Virus record (IMG/VR): IMGVR_UViG_3300007513_000081
Span: 1-41,239 of that record
Origin: a virus
Lineage: Duplodnaviria > Caudoviricetes
Length of the DNA stretch: 41,239 nucleotides
Strand: one strand, 5' to 3'
Part shown: piece by piece, positions 29,619-37,663 of the stretch
How positions within the stretch are numbered: position 1 is the stretch's first letter
Layout of the letters: the number at the start of each line of letters is the position of its first letter
The notes under the pieces: model-generated
What the model saw: only the letters and a program-made list of their open reading frames with translations
Databases searched by the model: none
Told to the model about the DNA's origin: nothing
Translations under genes and position numbers: made by a program

Positions 29619-30208
29619 AAAAAAAACGACTCAAAAGAAAACAAATGGAATTCAATCTCGTCAAGTTCGATCTTGATGATGTCGAAGACAAGCAGAGAAC
29701 TTGCAACCAACATTTCAACAATAGTTTTATTCATGAAAGTGCTGCGGTGGCACCAGAGGAAGTCGATGACGTTATTGAAGATGACGAAGACCCTAAAGAA
29801 AAGAGGGATGAAGAAATAAAAACTATTGGAGCTAACAAAAAGGTTAGCAAAGAAACTCGTTCTTTGTTCAAGAAGATAGCAAAAATAACTCATCCCGATA
29901 AGATGTTAGGTTTAGATGATGATGAGAGAGAAGAAAGAGATATTCTTTATCTTATCGCACAACGAGCAGCACAAGATGATGACTTAGCAACTTTAATAGA
30001 AGTTGCGATTGAGTTAGGCATCGATAGTGGCATTGCCGAAGAGACTCAAGTTAAAATAATAGAACAAAAAATCGGGTTCATCCGTGAAAAGATACACAAT
30101 ATAAAACAAACAGCATCGTGGGTTTGGTATCACAGTGACGGAGAGCAAAAAGACCAGATAGAAAAACAACTAACTGGCCAGATGGGTTTCAAAAGAACTG
30201 GTCTTTAG
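29615..30208 (+). CDS. J-domain (DnaJ-like) co-chaperone protein
   Basis: LFKKIAKITHPDK (HPD motif) after an acidic N-terminal region. GTGA overlap with the protease gene. Confidence 0.8.
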   Translation: MKKKRLKRKQMEFNLVKFDLDDVEDKQRTCNQHFNNSFIHESAAVAPEEVDDVIEDDEDPKEKRDEEIKTIGANKKVSKETRSLFKKIAKITHPDKMLGLDDDEREERDILYLIAQRAAQDDDLATLIEVAIELGIDSGIAEETQVKIIEQKIGFIREKIHNIKQTASWVWYHSDGEQKDQIEKQLTGQMGFKRTGL

Positions 30209-30217
30209 TCGGTGGTG

Positions 30218-30361
30218 TCACACACCTCTTTTGACAATGGTGATTTTCATTTCTTCGAAGGAATGCTTTTGGGCATCTTCTTTGCTTGTAGGGGAAACCA
30301 CAAGAGGGTTACATGATAAGCACGATAGTGCCAATAGTGATAAAATAGTATACTTCTTCAT
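30218..30361 (-). CDS. Small putative lipoprotein, 47 aa (not in ORF track)
   Basis: MKKYTILSLLALSCLSCNPLVVSPTSKEDAQKHSFEEMKITIVKRGV*. Lipobox-like LSC, purine-rich RBS, upstream ACTATTTA. Confidence 0.6.
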   Translation of the reverse strand: MKKYTILSLLALSCLSCNPLVVSPTSKEDAQKHSFEEMKITIVKRGV

Positions 30362-30419
30362 TTGATTTTCTCTTTCTCTTCAACTGTGTGGGAAGTGGGA
30401 TTGTTGGATGTTCGGTTCT

Positions 30420-30427
30420 TAAATAGT
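30420..30427 (-). promoter_or_regulatory. Candidate late-promoter motif ACTATTTA
   Basis: Intergenic, just downstream of a terminator and upstream of the small lipoprotein ORF. Confidence 0.5.
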
Positions 30428-30457
30428 TCTAAGAAGTCTGTAATGCCGTTTTTGTAT

Positions 30458-30489
30458 AAAAAAAGAGCCCCCGGTTTGGGGGCTCTTTT
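30458..30489 (-). terminator. Rho-independent terminator (possibly bidirectional)
   Basis: AAAAGAGCCCCC-GGTTT-GGGGGCTCTTTT perfect inverted repeat with a U7 tail on the minus strand, ~25 nt after the OMP stop. Confidence 0.9.
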
Positions 30490-30514
30490 GAATCATTCTT
30501 TAAAATATTGTTTT

Positions 30515-31162
30515 TTAGAATGATAAACTTGCATACACACCGACGGTGTGGCTGTTTGTTTTAGTGTCAGACAATAAGCCGTCAGTTTGTAAGAAGTATT
30601 CTGCCGATACATTTACAGCAGAAACTTTGGTGCCTACAGAGGCAATTGCACGATTGCTGGTTAAACCCGTTTCATCTGCGAAGAGTTCATCTCCGATGGA
30701 CAACTTCAAGTCTTTGCCTGCAATAGCAACTGTCTTGGAAACGTCGAGTCTATCTCTCAACGATGCTTGCTTGGTAGTTACATCCTTAATGTTTGTAATA
30801 CCGTCTAACTGAAGTCGTGTTCGGTTAGTAATATCTAAACCGAAGGCACTACACCCAGTATCAGCATCTAATGAAAGACGGTTGGTAGAAGCACCAGCAG
30901 TATTCGTATTACGAACACGTAAGGTTAAATCTAACTTATCCCCGACAGATTTGGTAGCTGCAAACACAGTATGTTCATACGGTGCTGCGGTTGTTACCAT
31001 TTCCTCACTAACTCCTAAATCATGGCGAACTTGTTCTTCGACAGTCAAAGTCAAATCACCCAGTTTAGCAGAAGCACTAGCTTCCAAACGAAGTTCGTCA
31101 GCATAACTTACCCCGCTAATTGTCAACGCCATAATGGTCGTCATTAATAGTTTCTTAATCAT
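30515..31162 (-). CDS. Outer-membrane beta-barrel protein (DUF2490-like)
   Basis: Signal peptide MIKKLLMTTIMALTISGVSYA, alternating amphipathic strands (EEQVR, NRTRLQ, LRDRL, GDELF, SNRA), C-terminal VYASLSF with terminal Phe (BAM signal). Confidence 0.8.
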   Translation of the reverse strand: MIKKLLMTTIMALTISGVSYADELRLEASASAKLGDLTLTVEEQVRHDLGVSEEMVTTAAPYEHTVFAATKSVGDKLDLTLRVRNTNTAGASTNRLSLDADTGCSAFGLDITNRTRLQLDGITNIKDVTTKQASLRDRLDVSKTVAIAGKDLKLSIGDELFADETGLTSNRAIASVGTKVSAVNVSAEYFLQTDGLLSDTKTNSHTVGVYASLSF

Positions 31163-31208
31163 AGTCACTTTCCTTTCCTTGCTGCAAAACAGCAATTGAA
31201 TTATTCCC

Positions 31209-31236
31209 ATTATACAGTAATGAAATCTTTTGTCAA
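31209..31236 (-). promoter_or_regulatory. Consensus sigma70 promoter TTGACA-N16-TATAAT
   Basis: Perfect -35 and -10 hexamers, T-tract UP-like element upstream, ~46 nt before the OMP ATG. Confidence 0.8.
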
Positions 31237-31285
31237 GCCCTAAAATGAAAAAAAGTTAAAGATCTACTTTAATTCAGCGTGTCAT

Positions 31286-31456
31286 TTACTTTTTTCTTTT
31301 CTTTTTCAGGGACTTAACATCTTTTTCAAGTTGTTCGATTTTATACTTCATCACCTCAACATCAGTTTCGAGATTGTTTACTGTGTTGAGTTGCCATGTC
31401 AAAACCCCAACGACGAGCGTTGTGACAATTGTTGCTAATAGTTTCTTTACGTCCAT
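31286..31456 (-). CDS. Small single-TM coiled-coil protein, 56 aa (not in ORF track)
   Basis: MDVKKLLATIVTTLVVGVLTWQLNTVNNLETDVEVMKYKIEQLEKDVKSLKKKRKK*. Confidence 0.7.
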   Translation of the reverse strand: MDVKKLLATIVTTLVVGVLTWQLNTVNNLETDVEVMKYKIEQLEKDVKSLKKKRKK

Positions 31457-31472
31457 TATAGTTTATGCCGAT

Positions 31473-32297
31473 TTAGAAAAGGTGAGCTAGAGAATCCAAT
31501 AAATCTTGATCCAATTGTGTCCACTCACCACGTCCCTCATCGTCATTCTTTTCTTTACTTAGTTCTACTGCTGCTGTCTTGATTTGTTCGGGAGAGTCAT
31601 CTGCCAATGCTTCGATTGCTTCTTCGTTGTCTTCGTCTTTTACCTGAAAAGAGTTTCTATCGAAGTGATTTTCGTGGGAGAAGATGAAGTTGACAGGAAC
31701 CATTTTGATTCCCAACTGTTTTGCGATTGAAAGTCTGTGGTTTCCTTCTCCGATTTTGGCAACACCATTTTTGCCAAGCATAACCATGATTGGATACTTG
31801 GGATTAAATCCCTTTTTGATACTTGCAACTAATGTATCCCACTCCTCTTGATCTCCTCGATGTTTCTCTGAGTGCCAATCGTATTCCCTGTATGGCCAAA
31901 GATCTTCCACTGAGTAAAAACCGTGATAAGGGAAATCGTGTCCAGTGATCAAACTTCCTGCATCGTATGCTTTCTTGCCATCAATCCAATCTTCCAAAAC
32001 ATCTTTTATCGGTGGTGGGTTCTTGGGATCGATTGTGTAGTAATCTCTGTCTCTTCCTTCTGGCAATGACTTTTCGGCATCGAGAGTTTTCTTACTCTTT
32101 TTGTCGTCGGGCAAGTGTTTTTCAATTCTGAACTTTAACATTGGTTTGCCATTGATGGTGGGCTGTCCGATTTCGTCTGTGCCTATTTCTTTTACTTCGA
32201 TTCTTTTGTTTTTATATCTCCCGCCTAAAACAATGTCACCAACCTCGATGTCAACATCAATGTTTTCTGCTAAGAACTTTCTCCATTTTTCTATCAC
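31473..32297 (-). CDS. ParB/sulfiredoxin N-terminal domain protein with KWRKFLAE leader
   Basis: LVASIKKGF..YPIMV...IGEGNHRLSIAKQLGIKMVPV is the ParB-N motif. Extra N-terminal beta-rich domain. Confidence 0.8.
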   Translation of the reverse strand: MIEKWRKFLAENIDVDIEVGDIVLGGRYKNKRIEVKEIGTDEIGQPTINGKPMLKFRIEKHLPDDKKSKKTLDAEKSLPEGRDRDYYTIDPKNPPPIKDVLEDWIDGKKAYDAGSLITGHDFPYHGFYSVEDLWPYREYDWHSEKHRGDQEEWDTLVASIKKGFNPKYPIMVMLGKNGVAKIGEGNHRLSIAKQLGIKMVPVNFIFSHENHFDRNSFQVKDEDNEEAIEALADDSPEQIKTAAVELSKEKNDDEGRGEWTQLDQDLLDSLAHLF

Positions 32298-32743
32298 TGT
32301 GGAACCTCCTCGACAACTCCTCTTAGAGTTAGTGGTGCCCCGTCTAATGGTTTGAAGTTTTCTTCTGGTATACTGTTGGAGTGAAAAGGTTTTCCACCAC
32401 CAGCACGATTAACGGCAACAGTAACGTGCGGGAATGATATTTTTGAACTGATTTCACTAGGAGCACTAACTTTGACTGCCATTGCTCGTTCGTCTAGTCC
32501 AACAGAAATTACAGGAAGTTCAATCTGCTCTCCTACAGGATAAGATTCTGAGAAGTCATGTTTTCCCTTCTTATGTATCAACGAACCTAAAGTTATAGTC
32601 ATGTGGTGGGCAACAGGTTCCCATCCATCTGGTATAGGGAGGTTTAGGAGATTTTGTTTTGACTCTTCGTCCAAAACAATACCTGAGTAAGATATATTTT
32701 GTTCTGTCAAAAACTCTCTCCAATTTTCCATTAGGAGTTTCAT
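32294..32743 (-). CDS. 2H phosphoesterase with MKLLMENWREFLTE leader
   Basis: Two HxT motifs: HHMTITLG and PHVTVAV. Confidence 0.85.
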   Translation of the reverse strand: MKLLMENWREFLTEQNISYSGIVLDEESKQNLLNLPIPDGWEPVAHHMTITLGSLIHKKGKHDFSESYPVGEQIELPVISVGLDERAMAVKVSAPSEISSKISFPHVTVAVNRAGGGKPFHSNSIPEENFKPLDGAPLTLRGVVEEVPQ

Positions 32744-33639
32744 TACTTGACATCACTCTTTCGTGGATTTTTGAAGTTTACTGCTCCGGTTGCTAATGCT
32801 TTATTGACAGCATCCTGTGAAGCACCTGATTTGCCTGCTTGGGGCATACCCTTTTCTCTTTCAAACTCACCTCGACGTTTTTGAATGATTTTGTGGTTTT
32901 TACCATAGTATTGTGCTGCCAACTCCCTAGATGGTTCAGTAATCTTTCCTGCCTTGACAAGAAGATCTAATACTTCATCTGTCATATTTTTTAAAACAAT
33001 GTTCTGAACTTCGTCAGTTCCCATAGTCATGAGGTTTGCACCTTCGAATGGTTTTGTTACAACATTCTTTGCAACGATGGCAATTGCAAGTTGAGTAATC
33101 TTTAGAGCATCTTCGGCACTATCTAATGCCGGTCCTGTGACATTATCAATTGCGACTTTGCCTGTGGGGTTTGTCATCATAATCTGTGACCATCTGTGAT
33201 GGCCATCTAAAATGTACTTCCCGTTCCAAACTAAGATAGCAGGAGGTGGATTATCCTGACTTGGCATGATGATTGGTTCTCCTTTCAATCCCAAAGCAAT
33301 TGCAGTTGAGTTTCCATTGAAGGCTTCACCGTTGTTCATCTGATCATCTAAACTGTTAGAGGCACCGATTTCTGCTTGAGTGGCAAAAAGTTCGATAACA
33401 TCCGTTGAGGTTCTCTCTACTTTAACGATTTCATCTGTTTCGTTTCCGTCAGTCTGTCCTGCTCTTGCGATTTTCTGAAAGTCAGGGTCTTTAGCAATCT
33501 TCTTTAACAAATCTGTATAATCATAAAGGTCTGCATCTGCTGCTTTTTCAAAGTCAGTTGCTGCGTCTTCCTTGTCGTCAACAGTACCTTCCTTTACAAA
33601 TTTTCTAAAGTTTTCAAAAAGTTTCTTAGTATTAGTCAT
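32743..33639 (-). CDS. ParB-N-like domain protein with KKLFENFRKFVKE leader
   Basis: LFATQAEI...YILDGHHRWS. GGAGG RBS supports the start at 33639 rather than 33765. Confidence 0.75.
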   Translation of the reverse strand: MTNTKKLFENFRKFVKEGTVDDKEDAATDFEKAADADLYDYTDLLKKIAKDPDFQKIARAGQTDGNETDEIVKVERTSTDVIELFATQAEIGASNSLDDQMNNGEAFNGNSTAIALGLKGEPIIMPSQDNPPPAILVWNGKYILDGHHRWSQIMMTNPTGKVAIDNVTGPALDSAEDALKITQLAIAIVAKNVVTKPFEGANLMTMGTDEVQNIVLKNMTDEVLDLLVKAGKITEPSRELAAQYYGKNHKIIQKRRGEFEREKGMPQAGKSGASQDAVNKALATGAVNFKNPRKSDVK

Positions 33640-33670
33640 TCTAGTGACCTCCTGTGGGTTTTGTTCACTA

Positions 33671-33678
33671 TAAATAGA
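33671..33678 (-). promoter_or_regulatory. Candidate late-promoter motif TCTATTTA(TA)
   Basis: Intergenic, upstream of the RBS of the gene starting at 33639. Confidence 0.5.
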
Positions 33679-33682
33679 CTTC

Positions 33683-34027
33683 TTAGGATTGTTTATCAGG
33701 TTTCTTATCAAAAAAGTCTGCTGGAATGTATTTTGTAAGGAGTTTTGACCAAGTTGGTATACCAAGTCCCAGATATCTTCTGGCTGAGTTGAAAGAACCG
33801 CAGTAAGATAAAGTAAATTTGATGATTGATTCTTTGATCAAGTGATCTATGTTTTTCCAAAGATGAAGTCCATAAGTTTTATCACCAATTGATCTAAAAA
33901 CTAATTCAAGCTTGAGTGAAATGATCTCTTCAAATGAAAGCTGACTGATCTTTGTTTCAAAGTCAGGATCTGATCTTTTTTCTTTTCTAAGCTTAGAAAT
34001 TAGAGAGTAGTTTTTTACTTTTGACAT
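33683..34027 (-). CDS. Small basic protein with C-terminal Fis-like helix-turn-helix
   Basis: GSFNSARRYLGLGIPTWSKLLTKY resembles an HTH. Preceded by an AT-rich intergenic region. Confidence 0.55.
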   Translation of the reverse strand: MSKVKNYSLISKLRKEKRSDPDFETKISQLSFEEIISLKLELVFRSIGDKTYGLHLWKNIDHLIKESIIKFTLSYCGSFNSARRYLGLGIPTWSKLLTKYIPADFFDKKPDKQS

Positions 34028-34116
34028 AATTTAAAAATAAATAAATATAAAATATGTTTATATGAATATCATGGATCTCAGGTTTTGTTAAAGTGAATTT
34101 TTTTTGATTATTGATC

Positions 34117-34989
34117 TTATAAGGTTATATCAATATCATCATCTTCTTCTTCACCACCCAAATCATCAGGTGATCCCAACTCATCTTCACCACCCAAATC
34201 ATCATCAGTTGGTTTAGCATCCATCTCTGCTTTTTCATCTTCATATTCTTCTGTAGACGGTTCAGCAACAACTCCCTTGAGTTCGTCTTCGTACCTATCA
34301 AAATAAAGCTTCAAGTTGGTGAGAAGATAGTCAGTAAACATATCTTCATCTTTGGGATTTGCTAGAATACCAAAGGAGTCAGAAATGTTTTGCTCAATTT
34401 TATCAAATGTTTTCGCAGCAAAGTTTCTTCCTGTTAAGTCAGCATCTGCACTCTGCATGTCAATTGAACCATCACCATCGGCATCCGTTGCAGTTGCTGT
34501 GCGAGGTGCGGAGATGTCAATAAACTTGTCGAACTCACTCTCTGCTTCTTCGAGTTCAGAAGCAGACATCCCCGTGGGTTTTTCTTCCTCTTCACTACCT
34601 GCTTTAGCCATTGCTGATTTATCAGCAGGATCTTCAACAACTCGAAGACTGCCAAGCATGTTTTGAACTGCCTTTACGAAATGAGCCCTGTATGAACTTC
34701 GCTGTTCTATGCTTGTAGTGAGGGATTTGTAATCTCTTTCAATAATGGGAAGGCATCTTTCTAAAAGATCGGTAAGAACATTAATCCCAGTATTCCCATG
34801 AGGAGCAAAGTCAGTCTTTTCCTTGAGAATCATTTTCCTGACATGCTTCCTCAGTTTCCTATCTTCGGACAACACAAAATCAGGTTCAACTTCGGTAATG
34901 TCTCTCTCACCAATAAGCTTCTTTAAGATTTCACGAACACCTTGTCGTAATCTCAGTTCTTCTAAAAATTCATCTCTTGAAATCATCAT
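34117..34989 (-). CDS. Acidic hypothetical protein, possible prohead core/scaffold component
   Basis: 290 aa. Amphipathic LRxxVRxIL repeats ending in E; very acidic C-terminus. Confidence 0.6.
   Translation of the reverse strand: MMISRDEFLEELRLRQGVREILKKLIGERDITEVEPDFVLSEDRKLRKHVRKMILKEKTDFAPHGNTGINVLTDLLERCLPIIERDYKSLTTSIEQRSSYRAHFVKAVQNMLGSLRVVEDPADKSAMAKAGSEEEEKPTGMSASELEEAESEFDKFIDISAPRTATATDADGDGSIDMQSADADLTGRNFAAKTFDKIEQNISDSFGILANPKDEDMFTDYLLTNLKLYFDRYEDELKGVVAEPSTEEYEDEKAEMDAKPTDDDLGGEDELGSPDDLGGEEEDDDIDITL
34148..34204. repeat. 21-bp direct repeat (36-bp period) encoding DDLGGE
   Basis: TCTTCACCACCCAAATCATCA at 34148-34168 and 34184-34204. Confidence 0.85.
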
Positions 34990-35000
34990 AATAAAATCCT

Positions 35001-37208
35001 CTACCTATAAATAGTTTTCTTCTTTTTCTTCTGCCCGCCGATGGCACCAGGAAATCCCTCTACAGCACCTCCAGCCATAGAGGAAATCTCGTTCATTTCA
35101 TCTGCCCAAGCAGAAATGAATGTCCTTGCCTTCTCAGGATCATCTTGCTTCATTGCTGTGTAAGTTACCAACACCTTCTTTGCTTCTTCTTCATCATCAG
35201 ATACTAAATCCATAAACTTATCTTTTGCTTTTTCTGGAACAACATCGTCAGGAGCAAACATAAACTTAAATGTCTCTTCTGCGTAAAGTGCGTTGTAGTT
35301 TGCAGGGGCATTTCCTAACTCGGAAGCAATCTCGTTGAAAACGTCCTCCACGAGATTGTAAAGGGCATCTCTGCCAATGCCTACCCGCACAGGGTCTTTG
35401 GGTGCCTTTGCGATTACAGACGATCCTGGTGCTTCTGAGAGCACGTTTGACTTGACCATCTCGAAAACTTCTTTCCGTTCTTCCGGTTTGAGCTTCGCAG
35501 GCAAGTTTTTATTGAAATTCTGAAAGTCATTATTCTTTGCGAATGCTCTCATTTTGGTTCCCGAAATATTTCCGAATACGACGGGATACATAGACACATT
35601 TACATCCTGCCTGTCTTTACCCACACCAGCATATCTTCCATCTTCAATATCTTTCTTTCCCAACACCAATGTAGCATTACTTCCAGATTTCATTTTATCA
35701 ACATATTCATAAGTTGTTTGAATTGGGCTCTTGGCACCTTTTGCCAATTCTGAATGTAAGACGGGGATCATCTTTCCACCGTATCCATAAGCTTCAACAT
35801 ACTTTTCCCACATCCATAAAGAAAGATCACCAGTAACACCCTCATGCTCTCTTTCGGAAATGATGACATAAACTTTTCCTGTCTTATTCATTCCTGCTTC
35901 AGCAGCAGCAAAATGTCCGCTATGCGGGGGTTTAAATTTACCGGGAAACAATGCTATACTTGTACCACTTGATCCCTCTTCTTCTACCACTCTCGACGCA
36001 GCACCCTTACCATAACGGAGGATACCCATGATCTGATTTATTGGAGCAAAGTTACCTGTAAACTTGTAGGTAATACCATCATAATTAAATACGAAACCCT
36101 CTGCGGCAGATGAAACATTTTCAAGATCTTTTAACTTATCCAACTGAGCCTTGAGTTTTCCCATTTCCTCCTCGTCACCTGTCGAGGTTATTTGTTGAAT
36201 AGCATTTTCCACTTCTTTTCTCATTCTAAAAACTTCGGCATCGTTATCTAGCACATACAAACTGTGTACACCCCTGAGCATCTCAACAGCAAAGTCGTGA
36301 ATGGCATCTTCGATAGGAAAGATTATTCTTTTTAATAAAAGTGGAGATACGTTTACAAAATCTTTTACTTGAACTTTAGATTCATTCTCTACATCACCCA
36401 TCTTTTTATAGATGTCTGTAAGTTTAACTCCCTTCACTTTCATAACTCGACTGACAATCATCTTCTTGGCATCCATATCAAGTTCTGGGAATGACTTATT
36501 TACTTCGTCGGATACTACCTTTACGATATACTCACCAATGGTATCTCCATCACTCAACCCTTCATCGGAGATGACTTTCTTTATTCGAGCCATTGCAGTT
36601 TTGGCATGAGTGTCGTTATCAAGTCCACGAAGAGTCTGTACAGCATTAACGACGATCCGATGCTCCCCTTGCTTGGCTAAGTCCTCCACTTGTTTGAAGA
36701 TTTTTTCAATTAACTCAACACCCTTTTTAGAAGGATCTGGTTTGGGACCGCCTTCTGCTCTAATCATTCCGCCCGCTCGGTGGATTGTTACAATCTTTGT
36801 ATCGTATTTGATGACGTTGGGAGTTTCCGGACTCATAACTTCAATATTATAAAATCTATTTGCTTGTGCTCCGAATAATTCTTTCTGCATCTCTGTAGAT
36901 AAGTTTCTTACGAAATTTTCAAATGCTCGGAGTGCGTCGGCAAAAGAATATTCTAATGGACCTCTGCCTTTAAACTTGTCACCAAGCTGATCAGCATCAA
37001 TTCCACCATCACCAATTTCGGTTTTGTTTCTTGCTGCCACTGCCTTGTCTTGAGGAATTGAAAAAGACACATACAAGTTTTGCCCGTCGGTTTTTTCAGT
37101 TCCGGCAAGTTTACCTGATGATGCCTTTTGTATTACGTCGTAGATGTCGGCAAATGACAAGTTAGGATTATCATAGAGATGATACATGTGTCCATATAAA
37201 CCACCCAT
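35001..37208 (-). CDS. Fusion of ligase-like (KxDG) nucleotidyltransferase domain and HxGH cytidylyltransferase-like domain
   Basis: N-part: GHMYH, TEKTDGQN, AARN, EGFVF...YKFTG. C-part: LFPGKFKPPHSGH and ISGTKMR. Confidence 0.75.
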   Translation of the reverse strand: MGGLYGHMYHLYDNPNLSFADIYDVIQKASSGKLAGTEKTDGQNLYVSFSIPQDKAVAARNKTEIGDGGIDADQLGDKFKGRGPLEYSFADALRAFENFVRNLSTEMQKELFGAQANRFYNIEVMSPETPNVIKYDTKIVTIHRAGGMIRAEGGPKPDPSKKGVELIEKIFKQVEDLAKQGEHRIVVNAVQTLRGLDNDTHAKTAMARIKKVISDEGLSDGDTIGEYIVKVVSDEVNKSFPELDMDAKKMIVSRVMKVKGVKLTDIYKKMGDVENESKVQVKDFVNVSPLLLKRIIFPIEDAIHDFAVEMLRGVHSLYVLDNDAEVFRMRKEVENAIQQITSTGDEEEMGKLKAQLDKLKDLENVSSAAEGFVFNYDGITYKFTGNFAPINQIMGILRYGKGAASRVVEEEGSSGTSIALFPGKFKPPHSGHFAAAEAGMNKTGKVYVIISEREHEGVTGDLSLWMWEKYVEAYGYGGKMIPVLHSELAKGAKSPIQTTYEYVDKMKSGSNATLVLGKKDIEDGRYAGVGKDRQDVNVSMYPVVFGNISGTKMRAFAKNNDFQNFNKNLPAKLKPEERKEVFEMVKSNVLSEAPGSSVIAKAPKDPVRVGIGRDALYNLVEDVFNEIASELGNAPANYNALYAEETFKFMFAPDDVVPEKAKDKFMDLVSDDEEEAKKVLVTYTAMKQDDPEKARTFISAWADEMNEISSMAGGAVEGFPGAIGGQKKKKKTIYR
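35008..35015 (-). promoter_or_regulatory. Candidate late-promoter motif ACTATTTA(TA)
   Basis: Overlaps the last codons of the upstream gene, 18 nt before ATG 34989. Confidence 0.5.
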
Positions 37209-37209
37209 A

Positions 37210-37464
37210 TTACTCCTCCTTGTTTTCTTCTAATACATTCAATCTTTCTTCAAGAGTTGTAACCTTCTCCGTGAGTCTCCTCGCATGTCTCTTGACATTG
37301 CGAACATGCTCTTTGGCGATTTCAATGCGACGAGTCTCTTGTTGAGAATGAGGTCGCAACTTACTTACAATCTCTTCTAAAGATTGAATATAACTCATCA
37401 AGCTTGGAGTATCAACCCCTTCACCCATGAGGAATCTTTTTGTCATCTTCCTCAAATCAGCCAT
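37210..37464 (-). CDS. Hypothetical coiled-coil protein (MADLRKMTKRFLMGE...)
   Basis: Likely start at 37464, overlapping the previous stop (ATGGCTGA). Confidence 0.7.
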   Translation of the reverse strand: MADLRKMTKRFLMGEGVDTPSLMSYIQSLEEIVSKLRPHSQQETRRIEIAKEHVRNVKRHARRLTEKVTTLEERLNVLEENKEE

Positions 37465-37648
37465 CGTCGTTGTCTTCATCAGAGTCATCAGTGAAAGCAG
37501 TGAAGATTTCCGATACTTTTTTAGAAATCTGCTTTTTCTTCTTTGGGATTGGTGCCTCTTCCTCTACGGGAAGAACTTCCAAAACTTCTTCTCTTTCTTG
37601 CTCACGAAGTAAGATTTTTTTCTGTCGTCTTTTTCTTGGACTTGCCAT
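37457..37648 (-). CDS. Small highly charged protein
   Basis: 63 aa with AGGAG RBS. Confidence 0.65.
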   Translation of the reverse strand: MASPRKRRQKKILLREQEREEVLEVLPVEEEAPIPKKKKQISKKVSEIFTAFTDDSDEDNDDG

Positions 37649-37663
37649 AATATATTCTCCTTG

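Noticed and set aside
34028-34116. AT-rich intergenic stretch as a replication origin
   Set aside because: It is only ~90 bp with no iterons, and is better explained as a weak promoter region (TTAACA-N17-TATTCA) for the HTH gene.
37457-37648. NLS-like PRKRRQKK / PKKKK stretches
   Set aside because: Lys/Arg-rich low-complexity ends are common throughout this AT-rich genome, and there is no eukaryotic context.
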